IMG/VR virus record: IMGVR_UViG_3300012988_000016
Span: 186,001-250,000 of that record
DNA: 64,000 nt
Strand: one strand, 5' to 3'
Shown here one piece after another: positions 8,776 to 18,404 of the stretch. The notes beneath the pieces are model-generated. The model searched no databases, was not told the origin of the DNA, and saw only the letters and a program-made list of their open reading frames with translations. Position 1 is the stretch's first letter. Every line of letters begins with the position of its first letter. The position numbers and the translations under genes were made by a program.

Positions 8776-10029
8776 GTGAAGCAGAATGACCGACTTCAAA
8801 AGAAGGCGATGGCCGAGCTTGAACGTGCTCGCCGCAAGCAGAGAGCTGATCAGAAGAAGCAGGCCCAACGTGAGAGCGAGCTCAATTGCCTGCAGTCCAG
8901 AGAGCAGGCCTATCAGGAATCGCTCAAGAAGCGTTATGTCAGGACCGAAATAGCTCCTGATCTACGGAGCCAAGTGCTAGCTAGAGCGCCCAAGCTCAAG
9001 GAGATGATTTACCAAAAACCTCTTGAGCTTCTGAAAGATCATACGCTTGAAAAGGATTGGATCCGTCCAATCGCCGATTGGGTGCCAAGGGGTAAGTCTC
9101 GCGACACCCAATTTTTCAGCTTGGCCGAACACCTACTATCTAGGTACAAGACCCCACAGTTCCTGTGGTCAGCCTTCTTTGACTTTGAGCATGCGGAAAA
9201 GACAGTTCCGCTGGTGATTCATGTGGCAAGAGGAGGCAGCCTGTACGATAAGGTGAAAGACGGGTCTTTTCCCGTCCCTTTCACGAGAAAGCTGTGCCAT
9301 CAGTTTCTGTCGACTACTTCCGACTACACGTTCATGTCGGCTGTCCGTAAGACTCAGGTTGAGGCAGAAGGAGGGGACAGAAATCTTTTCCGGATCTGGA
9401 GTCAGAGCAGACACGCCCTGAGGCTTCAGACTGCTGAGGTAGAGGCCTTCTGGGCCACAGTGTTGCAGTTCTTTGCCAGGACCACCATGTTGGACCCTGC
9501 TCAGATCGGACCACTCATTGACTACATTCAGAATCGCTACACGGCCGACAAGACCTATTCGATGAAGGGTCGCTCGATCCTTGCTTTGATGCGTGACCGA
9601 GATGAATGGCATCAAGAATTGGCCGCCGTCAAGGTGTTCAAGAAGCGTAACTACGAACCATCTGGCTTCAAACAAGCCCAATATACCAAACAGTACCCAA
9701 ATCTAGGTAAGAGTGGTCATTACCAGGTCAACTGGTACATTTTTGAGATCCTGACCGCCACCGAGTTGGCCGATGAAGGGCGGTCGATGCGGCATTGTGT
9801 CTACAGCTACGCATCTAGGATCGAACGAGGAGATGTGTCGATCTGGTCCCTATGTGGTGAATCTAAGGGTCAAGATCTCAGATATCTGACCATCGAGGTC
9901 AATAATCGTGCCAAGGCGATCGTGCAAGTTAGAGGGATCTGCAATAGTCGAGGCAACGCTCCCGAGCTGGGGGTGGTGTCTCAATGGGCATCGGAGAACG
10001 GTCTGACGATGAGTCTATACGGATGGTGA
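8776..10029 (+). CDS. PcfJ-like domain protein
   Basis: C-terminal LTATELADEGRSMRHCVYSY...LTIEV...IVQVRGICN. Confidence 0.82.
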   Translation: MKQNDRLQKKAMAELERARRKQRADQKKQAQRESELNCLQSREQAYQESLKKRYVRTEIAPDLRSQVLARAPKLKEMIYQKPLELLKDHTLEKDWIRPIADWVPRGKSRDTQFFSLAEHLLSRYKTPQFLWSAFFDFEHAEKTVPLVIHVARGGSLYDKVKDGSFPVPFTRKLCHQFLSTTSDYTFMSAVRKTQVEAEGGDRNLFRIWSQSRHALRLQTAEVEAFWATVLQFFARTTMLDPAQIGPLIDYIQNRYTADKTYSMKGRSILALMRDRDEWHQELAAVKVFKKRNYEPSGFKQAQYTKQYPNLGKSGHYQVNWYIFEILTATELADEGRSMRHCVYSYASRIERGDVSIWSLCGESKGQDLRYLTIEVNNRAKAIVQVRGICNSRGNAPELGVVSQWASENGLTMSLYGW

Positions 10030-10045
10030 TGGTGTAGAAGTCAGG

Positions 10046-10210
10046 ATGGCTCTGAAGCTGAAAGCCTCGAAGAAGCTTAGTCTGGTGCGTTCTAAGACCA
10101 AACGGGTTAACCCTGATTTGGACGCTAGAGCGCTGGGAGCCGAAGAAGTGTCGACTGCAAAAGAATTCTGGGCTACGCATTGGGTTCTCCTTCGAAAGAT
10201 CCCCAAATGA
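10046..10210 (+). CDS. Small basic hypothetical protein (54 aa)
   Basis: MALKLKASKKLSLVRSK...; 9 nt after GGTGTA (10031-10036) and ATGA-coupled to the next gene; too short for the ORF track. Confidence 0.5.
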   Translation: MALKLKASKKLSLVRSKTKRVNPDLDARALGAEEVSTAKEFWATHWVLLRKIPK

Positions 10211-10569
10211 CCTTGGAGGTATGGTCCGCCAGAATCTCGACGGGCGATCGAGATGCGTTCAATGTGACGCGAAAGAGCGGCAATGGGGTGTTCGCCCCTA
10301 GTTGGACCATCCTCCGTCCCATCCTAGACCTGAATCGAGCCAAACAGCCCATCTCCAACACGGCTTGGCAAACCTACTGCAGAGCCTACCTGCTAGAAAT
10401 GTCCCAATCATATCGGATAAATAGGGGCGAGTGGGATTTGCTGTTGGCTCGTGAGAGGGTAGTGCTTTGCTGCTACTGCACCGACCCGACACGTTGTCAC
10501 CGCACTGTCTTGGGTAAGATCCTCGCCCACCTGGGTGGCGTCTATTATGGCGAGCTAGAGTATTTGTGA
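10207..10569 (+). CDS. DUF488-like protein
   Basis: FAPSWTIL, WQTYCRAYLLEM and VVLCCYCTDPTRCHRTVL. Confidence 0.7.
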   Translation: MTLEVWSARISTGDRDAFNVTRKSGNGVFAPSWTILRPILDLNRAKQPISNTAWQTYCRAYLLEMSQSYRINRGEWDLLLARERVVLCCYCTDPTRCHRTVLGKILAHLGGVYYGELEYL

Positions 10570-10581
10570 GGTCGTCTAATC

Positions 10582-11181
10582 ATGAAAAAGAAACCAGTTT
10601 GGTTCAGCGTTTGGGATGCAGTGACGATCGGTACTCCTGGTCTGGTGATGGCCGGTTTGACGATCTACATGATGGTTAGTGGGTTTGATGGACCCCGTCA
10701 AGCGATCCCACTCATGTGGACCGTCACCGTAGCGTTCATGGCCATCTGGCTTCGCTGGACGCTGCTCAAGAAGGCGGACATCGATAGCTTCGTCTGGTAT
10801 CCGACCTACGGCCTGATGCTCAAGCCAGAGCAATACGTGTTGCCACCCGCCCCAAAGGTGAATGAACTGGTCAAGCAAGTGATCGATAGTTGGACCCCCA
10901 TCTATCCCAATGCAGCTCAAATCATCACTGATGGGGAAGTCATCTGGGGTTTCTTCAAGAAAGACTTGGACGAGAACGACAAGAACCCCGCCCATCAGAA
11001 GGTCAAAGGTGTGACACTAGCGTACAGCTACACGATTGAAGTCGACTACAACCAGCCAAATGAGTCCATCTACGCCACTGCTTTGACGCATGAGTTGGGC
11101 CATCTGATTATCGGTCATGCGACCGGCAATTGGGATCAGACGTTCCACCATTCGATCATGAACCAACACAATTTGCTCTGA
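10582..11181 (+). CDS. Membrane-anchored protein with HExxH metallopeptidase motif
   Basis: Two N-terminal TM segments; ALTHELGHLI. Confidence 0.6.
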   Translation: MKKKPVWFSVWDAVTIGTPGLVMAGLTIYMMVSGFDGPRQAIPLMWTVTVAFMAIWLRWTLLKKADIDSFVWYPTYGLMLKPEQYVLPPAPKVNELVKQVIDSWTPIYPNAAQIITDGEVIWGFFKKDLDENDKNPAHQKVKGVTLAYSYTIEVDYNQPNESIYATALTHELGHLIIGHATGNWDQTFHHSIMNQHNLL

Positions 11182-11507
11182 TGGCCTCCTTCAAGCTGCT
11201 TCCTCTCAACAAGCAAGAACCTTTGACGGAATATCTAAAAGCGGCATTCCCGATCATTAGACGCGAGCCGATCCCTAATCCGTACGCAGGTGAACGATGC
11301 GTATACCAAGAGGGTATCTGCATGCGTGAGGCTTGTGGACAACCTAGATGGCAGGACCCTGAAAAGGGTGATTCGGTACTCTGCAGACGCCATACAGAGG
11401 AGGTGTATCGAGGCGAGGCCAAGGCTCCTCCTCTGCGGCGAGGAATTGACTACCAGGCGGTAGGACGTAAGACATTCCTTGTCTTTGACCTGCCAGACGA
11501 TACCTGA
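11181..11507 (+). CDS. Hypothetical protein (Cys/His-containing)
   Basis: Start overlaps the previous stop; C..C..C...CRRH. Confidence 0.5.
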   Translation: MASFKLLPLNKQEPLTEYLKAAFPIIRREPIPNPYAGERCVYQEGICMREACGQPRWQDPEKGDSVLCRRHTEEVYRGEAKAPPLRRGIDYQAVGRKTFLVFDLPDDT

Positions 11508-11525
11508 TCTGGTGTATTGCGTGGG

Positions 11526-11789
11526 ATGCCACACCCCACCACTCTTGATGGCCTGACTCCCAAGCAATTGGCTCAGGCCATTGGTCATTTCAGGTATGAC
11601 ACTCTGAAAGAGTTCCTCGATGAACTGGCAATCGCGTTAAATGATGAAGTGGCTGAGGGCGCTATTCTGGGGGAGGACGAATTGACCCGGGTTAAAACAT
11701 TGGCCATAGGTAACTTGAGTCTAGCTTCAAATCTCTTCGAAATAGCTTGGATCATGGTCAGACCGAATTCAGAATCCTCATCGGTGTAA
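11526..11789 (+). CDS. Hypothetical protein, paralog A of tandem pair
   Basis: GLTPKQLAQAIGHFRYDTLKEFL; GGTGTA 9 nt upstream. Confidence 0.7.
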   Translation: MPHPTTLDGLTPKQLAQAIGHFRYDTLKEFLDELAIALNDEVAEGAILGEDELTRVKTLAIGNLSLASNLFEIAWIMVRPNSESSSV

Positions 11790-11797
11790 TGGAGGGA

Positions 11798-12061
11798 ATG
11801 CACCCCTTACATATTGCGGGCCTTACCCCTGTCGAGTTGGCCCAGCAAGTGGCCAATTTACGTTATGACGCCTTGAAGGACTTCCTACAAGCACTCGCGG
11901 GTGAGTTGGGGGCTCAATCGATAGCTGATGGGGAACGGGGGCGGCCCAAACTGGCGAAAGCTTGTGGGATGGCCTCTCATAGCTTGGAAATGACCACCAT
12001 GCTGATCGAAACGGCTTGGCAAATCTCCGAGCCATTTATGCGGGATGAGCCTTCGGTGTAG
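11798..12061 (+). CDS. Hypothetical protein, paralog B of tandem pair
   Basis: GLTPVELAQQVANLRYDALKDFL; GGTGTA 9 nt upstream. Confidence 0.7.
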   Translation: MHPLHIAGLTPVELAQQVANLRYDALKDFLQALAGELGAQSIADGERGRPKLAKACGMASHSLEMTTMLIETAWQISEPFMRDEPSV

Positions 12062-12068
12062 GGACGGC

Positions 12069-12650
12069 ATGTCCCAAGATCCCCCCATCGCTCTCATCGA
12101 CCTAGACGGTTCGGTTGCCGATATGTCGACCGCATTGATCACCAATTTGAACCGGATGAGAAGTCCGAATGAAATGGTGGTATTTCCGGAAGACTTGGAG
12201 AACCCTCCTGAGTGGATGGACGCTAGGATGGATTACATCAAGCAACATCCTGGGTTTTGGCAGAATCTGGAGCGTATCCCAGAGGGGTTTTTGGTACTAG
12301 ACCTGATGCGACAGTTCGGGTTCTCGCTCAATGTTTTGAGCAAAGGGCCCAGGAAAGCGATCAATGCCTGGACCGAGAAGGCGATCTGGTGTCAGCAGCA
12401 CATCCCTGACGCTGGTGTGCAGGTGGTGACCAGCAAGCAACATACCTACGGCCGAGTACTGTTCGATGACTACCCTCAGTACATCGAACAGTGGCTCAAA
12501 TATCGGCCGCGAGGCACAGTGTTGATGCTGGACCAGCCTTGGAATCAGCATTTCAAACACCCGAACGTCGTCCGAGTAGGGAAAGGTTCTACCTGGCACA
12601 TGACGCTTCCGATCGTCACTGAAGCGTTGTACCAGGCGGCTAACCGTTAG
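12069..12650 (+). CDS. 5'(3')-deoxyribonucleotidase (NT5C, HAD superfamily)
   Basis: ALIDLDGSVAD (DxD), FWQNLE, EKAIWCQQHIP and VLFDDYP. Confidence 0.8.
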   Translation: MSQDPPIALIDLDGSVADMSTALITNLNRMRSPNEMVVFPEDLENPPEWMDARMDYIKQHPGFWQNLERIPEGFLVLDLMRQFGFSLNVLSKGPRKAINAWTEKAIWCQQHIPDAGVQVVTSKQHTYGRVLFDDYPQYIEQWLKYRPRGTVLMLDQPWNQHFKHPNVVRVGKGSTWHMTLPIVTEALYQAANR

Positions 12651-13888
12651 AGTTGTCCTGGAACAATCAGGAACCAATCTGGGGTACCTGAGAAGATGTC
12701 GCTAACTACGAATTCGTAGATACCGAACGAACCTACGCCTGACAGGTTGCCTAGCGATGCAACGCTCAAATTGCTTGGAGCTCCCGACCCTGAGAAGAGG
12801 GGCTTCCAAGCCGCCCCATTGTTGTTCTGGATAGCTAGTCGGAGGCGTTGTCCAATGAATAGCTTGGCCGGCATGGTGGCGGTGAAGCTGGCTCCATTGA
12901 CCCCCAATTCGGCTGTCTGGTAGCCAGAAAAAACACTGTGACTGGTTCCGATGCTGGTCACCCTATAGCTAGGCAACAGCTCGATATTCGAATAGCGATC
13001 AGTCAGAGTGGGAGGAGGAGATCCGAAGTTGATCGGATAAGCATTCTGATTGTACGTGTGATTCTTGCTCATCACGGTCGCACCAGCGGCCCAACCATGA
13101 GCGTACCACAATGTACCGGTCCCAGGATCGCCCGCAAAGTGGCAGTTAGTGACCACACAACGGCCTCCACCCGCGGTATAGATGAACGTGCCGCCCACAC
13201 CGCCTCCAGGACGCCCAATGAACGCACAGTTGTCGATCTGAGCGCTCGCGCCAGAGGCGGCTCGGATCTCAATCATCATCGTATTGGAAGTGCCAGGAGG
13301 TGAGAAGGCTGAATCTGACACCACCAAACGAGACCCCCCAGTGACGGTGCAGGAGGGGACAGCAGCCGCCACATTAAGGGTGCAGTTCTGAACCGTCACC
13401 GTCTGGTTGGACACGCCCGCATAGACGATGGTTCCTTGGACCAAACCAGCATCGGGGTTCAGGTTTGACATCACGTTTCGGATCAAGATCCTTTGAGGGG
13501 TTGATCCGACGGTGGTCGCACAATTGAACACCGTGCCGGAGTTGGCCTGAGCGGACGCTAGATAGAAATTCTCGAAACGAGTTGGGGTAGTGATGCTGCC
13601 AGTGATAGAGAACCAGTCTTTGGTCGGATGATCCATCCCTATCGAACAATTGCCAACCCCCACCAGCGATACTTTTCCGTTCCAAGTCAAAGTATCGGTG
13701 ATACGAAACGACCCATCAAGAATCACATCCCCGCCGTTGGGCAGCGACACACAATAGTCGTGGGCAGCTCGGATGGCAGTTGTGTCGTCCGCCACCCCAT
13801 CTCCCTTGGCCCCATAGGCTTTGGGCGAGACACGGCCTCCACCTTGAAATCCAGAGAAACATCGTACATTGCTTCTAAAATCGGGCAT
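12647..13888 (-). CDS. Right-handed beta-helix (pectate-lyase-like) tailspike/depolymerase-type protein
   Basis: SPKAYGAKGDGVADDTTAI...GGDVIL.G motif followed by Asn/Gly/Thr-rich coil repeats (IDNCAF, VTNCHF). Confidence 0.75.
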   Translation of the reverse strand: MPDFRSNVRCFSGFQGGGRVSPKAYGAKGDGVADDTTAIRAAHDYCVSLPNGGDVILDGSFRITDTLTWNGKVSLVGVGNCSIGMDHPTKDWFSITGSITTPTRFENFYLASAQANSGTVFNCATTVGSTPQRILIRNVMSNLNPDAGLVQGTIVYAGVSNQTVTVQNCTLNVAAAVPSCTVTGGSRLVVSDSAFSPPGTSNTMMIEIRAASGASAQIDNCAFIGRPGGGVGGTFIYTAGGGRCVVTNCHFAGDPGTGTLWYAHGWAAGATVMSKNHTYNQNAYPINFGSPPPTLTDRYSNIELLPSYRVTSIGTSHSVFSGYQTAELGVNGASFTATMPAKLFIGQRLRLAIQNNNGAAWKPLFSGSGAPSNLSVASLGNLSGVGSFGIYEFVVSDIFSGTPDWFLIVPGQL

Positions 13889-14031
13889 TTGGGGTCCTAT
13901 CTTGGCTATCTACCCTAGCTGGCCCGATAAGTGATTTTGAGACGGCCCAATTGGCCCAAGATATCGCCCGATTGGCCCGATTCTGGACCAGAGGTGTAAG
14001 GATCCCCCATCTGCTGACCGTAAGGAACCAC

Positions 14032-14625
14032 ATGATCCCCACCGAAGACCAACCCTGCAAAGATTGCCAACGAAACACCACCGATCGAGATTACCGAATT
14101 CAGACATTTACGGCAAATGGGGAATATCTGTACACCCTCTGCCAAATGTGTTCTAGAAATCGTAAAGACGAAGAATATGCCCGAACAGGCGTCATTACGA
14201 CCAGTTTGTGGATGGATCGCCACCTAGATCATCTGAGCGTCTCTCGTAAGAAGCCGTTGGAGGATCCCCTCTTGCTGGCAATGGAAGGGTTGCAGCAGTT
14301 GACCCGAAAGTTCGAGGCCGAGGTCTGGTTCAATGGGTTGCAAAAGATCATTCTAGACTGTGACAGTGGGGGGATGGAGCTCAAGTCGGGCGATCTGCAG
14401 ATCCTCACGCTCTGCACTGGCGGCCGTGTACTGATGACGTTGTCCAACCCAGCGAAAGATTCGATCAGCCTCATCACGACGGATGAAGATGACGCCAGAC
14501 CAAAGATGGGCATCCAGGGCATCTGCGCCACTGCTGAGGTGGCGACAGGTTTGATCGAGCAAGCCATCACTGCTTGGCAGGCGGGTGCCAGGCCAGAAGC
14601 CTCCAGAGAAGTGTATCTGGTGTAG
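14032..14625 (+). CDS. Hypothetical protein with N-terminal CxxC...CxxC
   Basis: CKDC...CQMC putative Zn ribbon. Confidence 0.55.
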   Translation: MIPTEDQPCKDCQRNTTDRDYRIQTFTANGEYLYTLCQMCSRNRKDEEYARTGVITTSLWMDRHLDHLSVSRKKPLEDPLLLAMEGLQQLTRKFEAEVWFNGLQKIILDCDSGGMELKSGDLQILTLCTGGRVLMTLSNPAKDSISLITTDEDDARPKMGIQGICATAEVATGLIEQAITAWQAGARPEASREVYLV

Positions 14626-14633
14626 ATCGATAG

Positions 14634-15119
14634 GTGTCGTCACCTGAGCTATCGTCTGAGCAGATCAAAGAGTTAAGGCAGACGATCCGAACCGTAGATA
14701 GAAGCTCAGACTACAGATGTCCTGATTGCGGAGGAAAAGTCTCCCTCCTGGCAGGCAAGTTCGGGCTGTTCTATCGCTGTTTGGACGGTTGGATCCAGTG
14801 GCGGAAAGCTAATTTTGACTTAACGGTTGAGACTTGCTCTGGCAAATTCAGCGCCAACAATGACGGAACCCCATTGGGGATCCCGGGCAATCGGGCCACC
14901 CGACAAGCCAGACAACGGATCCATCGTTTGCTGGAACGTCATCCTGATTTGTTTGATTGGCAGACCCTTGAGGCTGAACTGAGTGAAAAATTTACGGAAG
15001 CAGGCCGAACGTTCGGCCGTCTCTCGTGTATGTCGTTGGAGGACTGTCAACTAGTGCTTCGCCACCTCGAATACCGACCTACCATCTGGGAATTGCTGAG
15101 CGATTCTAGCAACCTATAG
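14634..15119 (+). CDS. Zn-finger protein (topoisomerase C4/DUF3268-like)
   Basis: CPDCGGKV.L..GKFGLFYRC...C and GTPLGIPG...RQARQRIH; ends RPTIWELLSD motif. Confidence 0.65.
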   Translation: MSSPELSSEQIKELRQTIRTVDRSSDYRCPDCGGKVSLLAGKFGLFYRCLDGWIQWRKANFDLTVETCSGKFSANNDGTPLGIPGNRATRQARQRIHRLLERHPDLFDWQTLEAELSEKFTEAGRTFGRLSCMSLEDCQLVLRHLEYRPTIWELLSDSSNL

Positions 15120-15127
15120 TTACGTTC

Positions 15128-15454
15128 ATGCAAGAGCCAAAGACCATTTTCACTGTCACTGTCGTCTGTTCCAGACACATCATCAATCATCGATGCTGGG
15201 GTTGGTATCACACCAAAGAGGACGCCTGGACCGACCTGACTCAAAATACCGATCTTTTCTTCGAAAGTGCGACGTTCGATTACGCTGTCATTGAAGAATT
15301 GGGGCCAGGTATCATGAGTGGCATCGACGCTCCCTCTGAACCGGAATGGATCCGAATCAAGAACTTTGACCCTACAGAGCACACGTATGAGCTCGAACGG
15401 CTGGAGCATACTCCTGAATTTGCCCAGGGGATGATCTGTTGGGGGATGGGCTGA
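15128..15454 (+). CDS. Hypothetical protein
   Basis: 108-aa ORF. Confidence 0.6.
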   Translation: MQEPKTIFTVTVVCSRHIINHRCWGWYHTKEDAWTDLTQNTDLFFESATFDYAVIEELGPGIMSGIDAPSEPEWIRIKNFDPTEHTYELERLEHTPEFAQGMICWGMG

Positions 15455-15882
15455 TGGCCGACCATCAATGGTCTTACTGTAACCATTGTCACCGTTGGAT
15501 GGTTCTCTGTGGGGACTGTGGCAACAACACCTGCAGTGGAGGTTACGGACGGATGTCAGACGGGAACCCTTGTCCCAGGTGTCCTTCAGCCTATCAGCTG
15601 GATGATCTGCTCTACAACACCCGCCATACCATCAATTTCTCTGAGCTGGAGGGGTTGTCCAAAGAAGACTACACGGACCGTCTCAAGGCCCTGACCCCTA
15701 TCCCGACGGAGCTCAAGTTGGCTCAGTTGGACGACCAGATCGTCGCCTACGAGGCCCAGCACGGCTTCTCTTCTGAAGAGATGTTGACTCGTGTCAGCTC
15801 AGGAGATCTGGAGGAGACGGAGCAGATTTGCGACTGGTTGCTGGACCTGGATTTGCGGGGCCGGTTGCGAAATTGTCGGTAG
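15454..15882 (+). CDS. Hypothetical Zn-binding protein
   Basis: CNHC...CGDC...C...CPRC at the N-terminus. Confidence 0.55.
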   Translation: MADHQWSYCNHCHRWMVLCGDCGNNTCSGGYGRMSDGNPCPRCPSAYQLDDLLYNTRHTINFSELEGLSKEDYTDRLKALTPIPTELKLAQLDDQIVAYEAQHGFSSEEMLTRVSSGDLEETEQICDWLLDLDLRGRLRNCR

Positions 15883-15948
15883 TGGGGGTTAAGTTGTCGA
15901 TTTTCTGTGCCGTCTAAGTAAGCAACACAACACGGTGTACAGAATCCA

Positions 15949-16797
15949 ATGACCGAAACTATTGAAGACCTCCACCGACCCATGACAGATCCGGCCATCC
16001 AACGGCTGAATCATCTCTACGGGACCGCCCACGAACGAGATCAAGCCCGCTTCATTCTAGGGCTTTTGACCATAATCCGTCTTTCCAACGGAAGCCAACG
16101 TTCTAGGAAAGATTTGACGGCCCCCTACACAAAGACCGGCAAGGAGGGGAAGGCGGTCAAAAAAGAGGCGATGGCCAAGGAATGGCACCGGCAATTCGTC
16201 GACCATTTGATTCAGCAAGGATTCGTCCAGCAAGTCAACCAGTCGAGGAACATCAGCTTCCAAGCGGTCGATCAAAAGGCTCAAAAAGACCTGTTCGACA
16301 TGGTGGAGGATGCGTTGTTTGAGGATGGCCAGCAGCTCAAGAAGCTGTTGTGGCCCTCCGACCATCTGGACCTGACCGAAGCCTTGCAGGAAGAGCATGA
16401 GGCTGAGACCAAGGGGGACGATCCGCCTCCTGTCGATGAGGGGTTGGATGCCGTCAAAGAGGTGGCGAGTCAGCTCAAGTTGGTGGCCGACCATCTGGGG
16501 CAGGTCTATCAAGGATTGACGACCCTGGACAAGCGGTTGGATGAAAAACTCACCGATCTGGAGACCCGATTGGGGCATCTCTCCGGTCTGGAGAAGAGGA
16601 TCGAGACCTCATTCAATCGGATAATTGAGGCAATCGAGAAAGATGAGCGCGTTCAGCTCAGCGTCTTGGCTGACAAGATGATTGAGATCGGTAGCCGTCG
16701 CACCTCCTTGTCCAATCAGCTGGAATCGGAAGGGCGTCGTCTCGACAAGACGTTGGAAGAAATCAAGACCTTGACGGCCAAAACGAGCAAGTCGTGA
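15949..16797 (+). CDS. Hypothetical protein with C-terminal coiled coil
   Basis: 282 aa; heptad-rich C-terminal half; GGTGTA 9 nt upstream. Confidence 0.65.
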   Translation: MTETIEDLHRPMTDPAIQRLNHLYGTAHERDQARFILGLLTIIRLSNGSQRSRKDLTAPYTKTGKEGKAVKKEAMAKEWHRQFVDHLIQQGFVQQVNQSRNISFQAVDQKAQKDLFDMVEDALFEDGQQLKKLLWPSDHLDLTEALQEEHEAETKGDDPPPVDEGLDAVKEVASQLKLVADHLGQVYQGLTTLDKRLDEKLTDLETRLGHLSGLEKRIETSFNRIIEAIEKDERVQLSVLADKMIEIGSRRTSLSNQLESEGRRLDKTLEEIKTLTAKTSKS

Positions 16798-17852
16798 AAA
16801 GAGACAAGACACCTCTTCATACTGAGGAAGCCTACCAGGCGGCTATCTTTGCCGCGCAGGTGGATGCGATCGATCTGATCGAGGAATACAAGAAAAATCC
16901 TCCCAAGACCTCTAGGGATAAAGCTCTGAGCGAAAACGCCATTTGGCTCAAGGTTGACCCCAAATATCGCAACATCATCATGGATATGAAGGGGTACGAG
17001 GCCAAGTGGTTGGCCTATGTGTTGGCCGATGGTGGGCCCTGCAGTCCTTTCAAAGCTCGTGCTCGTGCTCTAAAGGAGCTGCGCAAGGGTTTCAACGTGG
17101 TGCCTGCCTGGGAGGCCCTGGATGAAGGCATCAACCCAGAACATGTGTACGAAGCTTTCACCTCTGCCAGTACAGCCGCCAAAAATGCGGCGGATGGGGA
17201 AGCCCATCAACGATTCGAACAGAGTCTCACTGAGAGTATCGTCAAACCCATTCGAGACAGGAGACCGGTCAGTCCAAAGTCGATTTCACGTCGAGGGGGG
17301 AGAAGTAAGTTGAGTAGACCACCTAGGCAGCGCCCAGCACCTGAACAAACCGAAACTGCGATCGTAGCAGAACCTCCTCGATCCAGATGGGCCAAACCCT
17401 TGGATGAGATGACGACCGAATCCAAGGCATTGTGGGTAACCATCACCATGACGCTGGACAAGGAGATCCCAGCTTTCGTCGCCAGCCGTCTCAATGGTTT
17501 GACTGAACCTAGTCAGATCGAAGACATCTCTGACGAATTCAAGCTTGAGGTCAACGCTTGCTATCAGAATCTATTGGGCAAGATTCGCAATATCCGTGCC
17601 CGTGGGACCTCGAAAGAGATCCTGAATATCAAGCAAAGCGAGATCATTGAAGCGGCGGAGATCCTAGGATTCAAAGCTCCCTCTCGAAGTGCCAAACATT
17701 ACCGAACTTGGCGGCCGGATTTGGAATTGGCCAAAAAGGCCTATCTGAAACTTGCCTCACGCTTTCACCCTGACAAGAACCCCGATGATGATCGAAGCGC
17801 CCAACGCTTCGATTCGATCCAAAAAGCCTGGAACCTGCTGAAGAGTCTCTAA
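16794..17852 (+). CDS. Protein with C-terminal DnaJ (J) domain
   Basis: LELAKKAYLKLASRFHPDKNPDD...QRFDSIQKAWNLL (HPD motif). Confidence 0.85.
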   Translation: MKRDKTPLHTEEAYQAAIFAAQVDAIDLIEEYKKNPPKTSRDKALSENAIWLKVDPKYRNIIMDMKGYEAKWLAYVLADGGPCSPFKARARALKELRKGFNVVPAWEALDEGINPEHVYEAFTSASTAAKNAADGEAHQRFEQSLTESIVKPIRDRRPVSPKSISRRGGRSKLSRPPRQRPAPEQTETAIVAEPPRSRWAKPLDEMTTESKALWVTITMTLDKEIPAFVASRLNGLTEPSQIEDISDEFKLEVNACYQNLLGKIRNIRARGTSKEILNIKQSEIIEAAEILGFKAPSRSAKHYRTWRPDLELAKKAYLKLASRFHPDKNPDDDRSAQRFDSIQKAWNLLKSL

Positions 17853-17872
17853 ATCCAACATTAGGAAACCAA

Positions 17873-18400
17873 ATGACACGTAAAATTGAACTGATCCCAG
17901 AACGTTACGCTCAAGCCTACAAGCCGAATCCGGACCTACAGCCTGGAGTCCAGCTGGCCCAATTCCTCCTCAAGGCCGCCAAGGACATGCCTCAGGAATT
18001 CTTCCAAAAGACCGTCTTGGCTCGTATCGCCTTCAACATGAGCAAGACCCCGCAGCCGACCCACGAATACGTCAAGAAGCGCTTCGGCTACGTGCTCAAG
18101 TCGGCCGAGACCATCCTCGAACGTGATCACAATTGCACCGTCTACAGCGATCGTGTGGAGGGCTACCGTGCCACGACGAACGATTCAGATCGCGCCAAGA
18201 CCAAGCTCCGTGCCCAATCGGCCCGTTTGGTGACACATCATCAGCGGGTGCAGAAGACCGCCAATGCGATCGACATCAAGAATCTGCATGGGGCGATTCG
18301 TGACGAAGTGCTGAACGCCAAGCACGCCTTGAACCGGATCGGCGCCAGTTTGGTCAACCTACCTCAGTTGCCGGCCAAGCCGGAAGAGAAGAAGGTCTAA
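17873..18400 (+). CDS. Hypothetical protein
   Basis: 175 aa; AGGA SD-like site upstream. Confidence 0.65.
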   Translation: MTRKIELIPERYAQAYKPNPDLQPGVQLAQFLLKAAKDMPQEFFQKTVLARIAFNMSKTPQPTHEYVKKRFGYVLKSAETILERDHNCTVYSDRVEGYRATTNDSDRAKTKLRAQSARLVTHHQRVQKTANAIDIKNLHGAIRDEVLNAKHALNRIGASLVNLPQLPAKPEEKKV

Positions 18401-18404
18401 CCGG

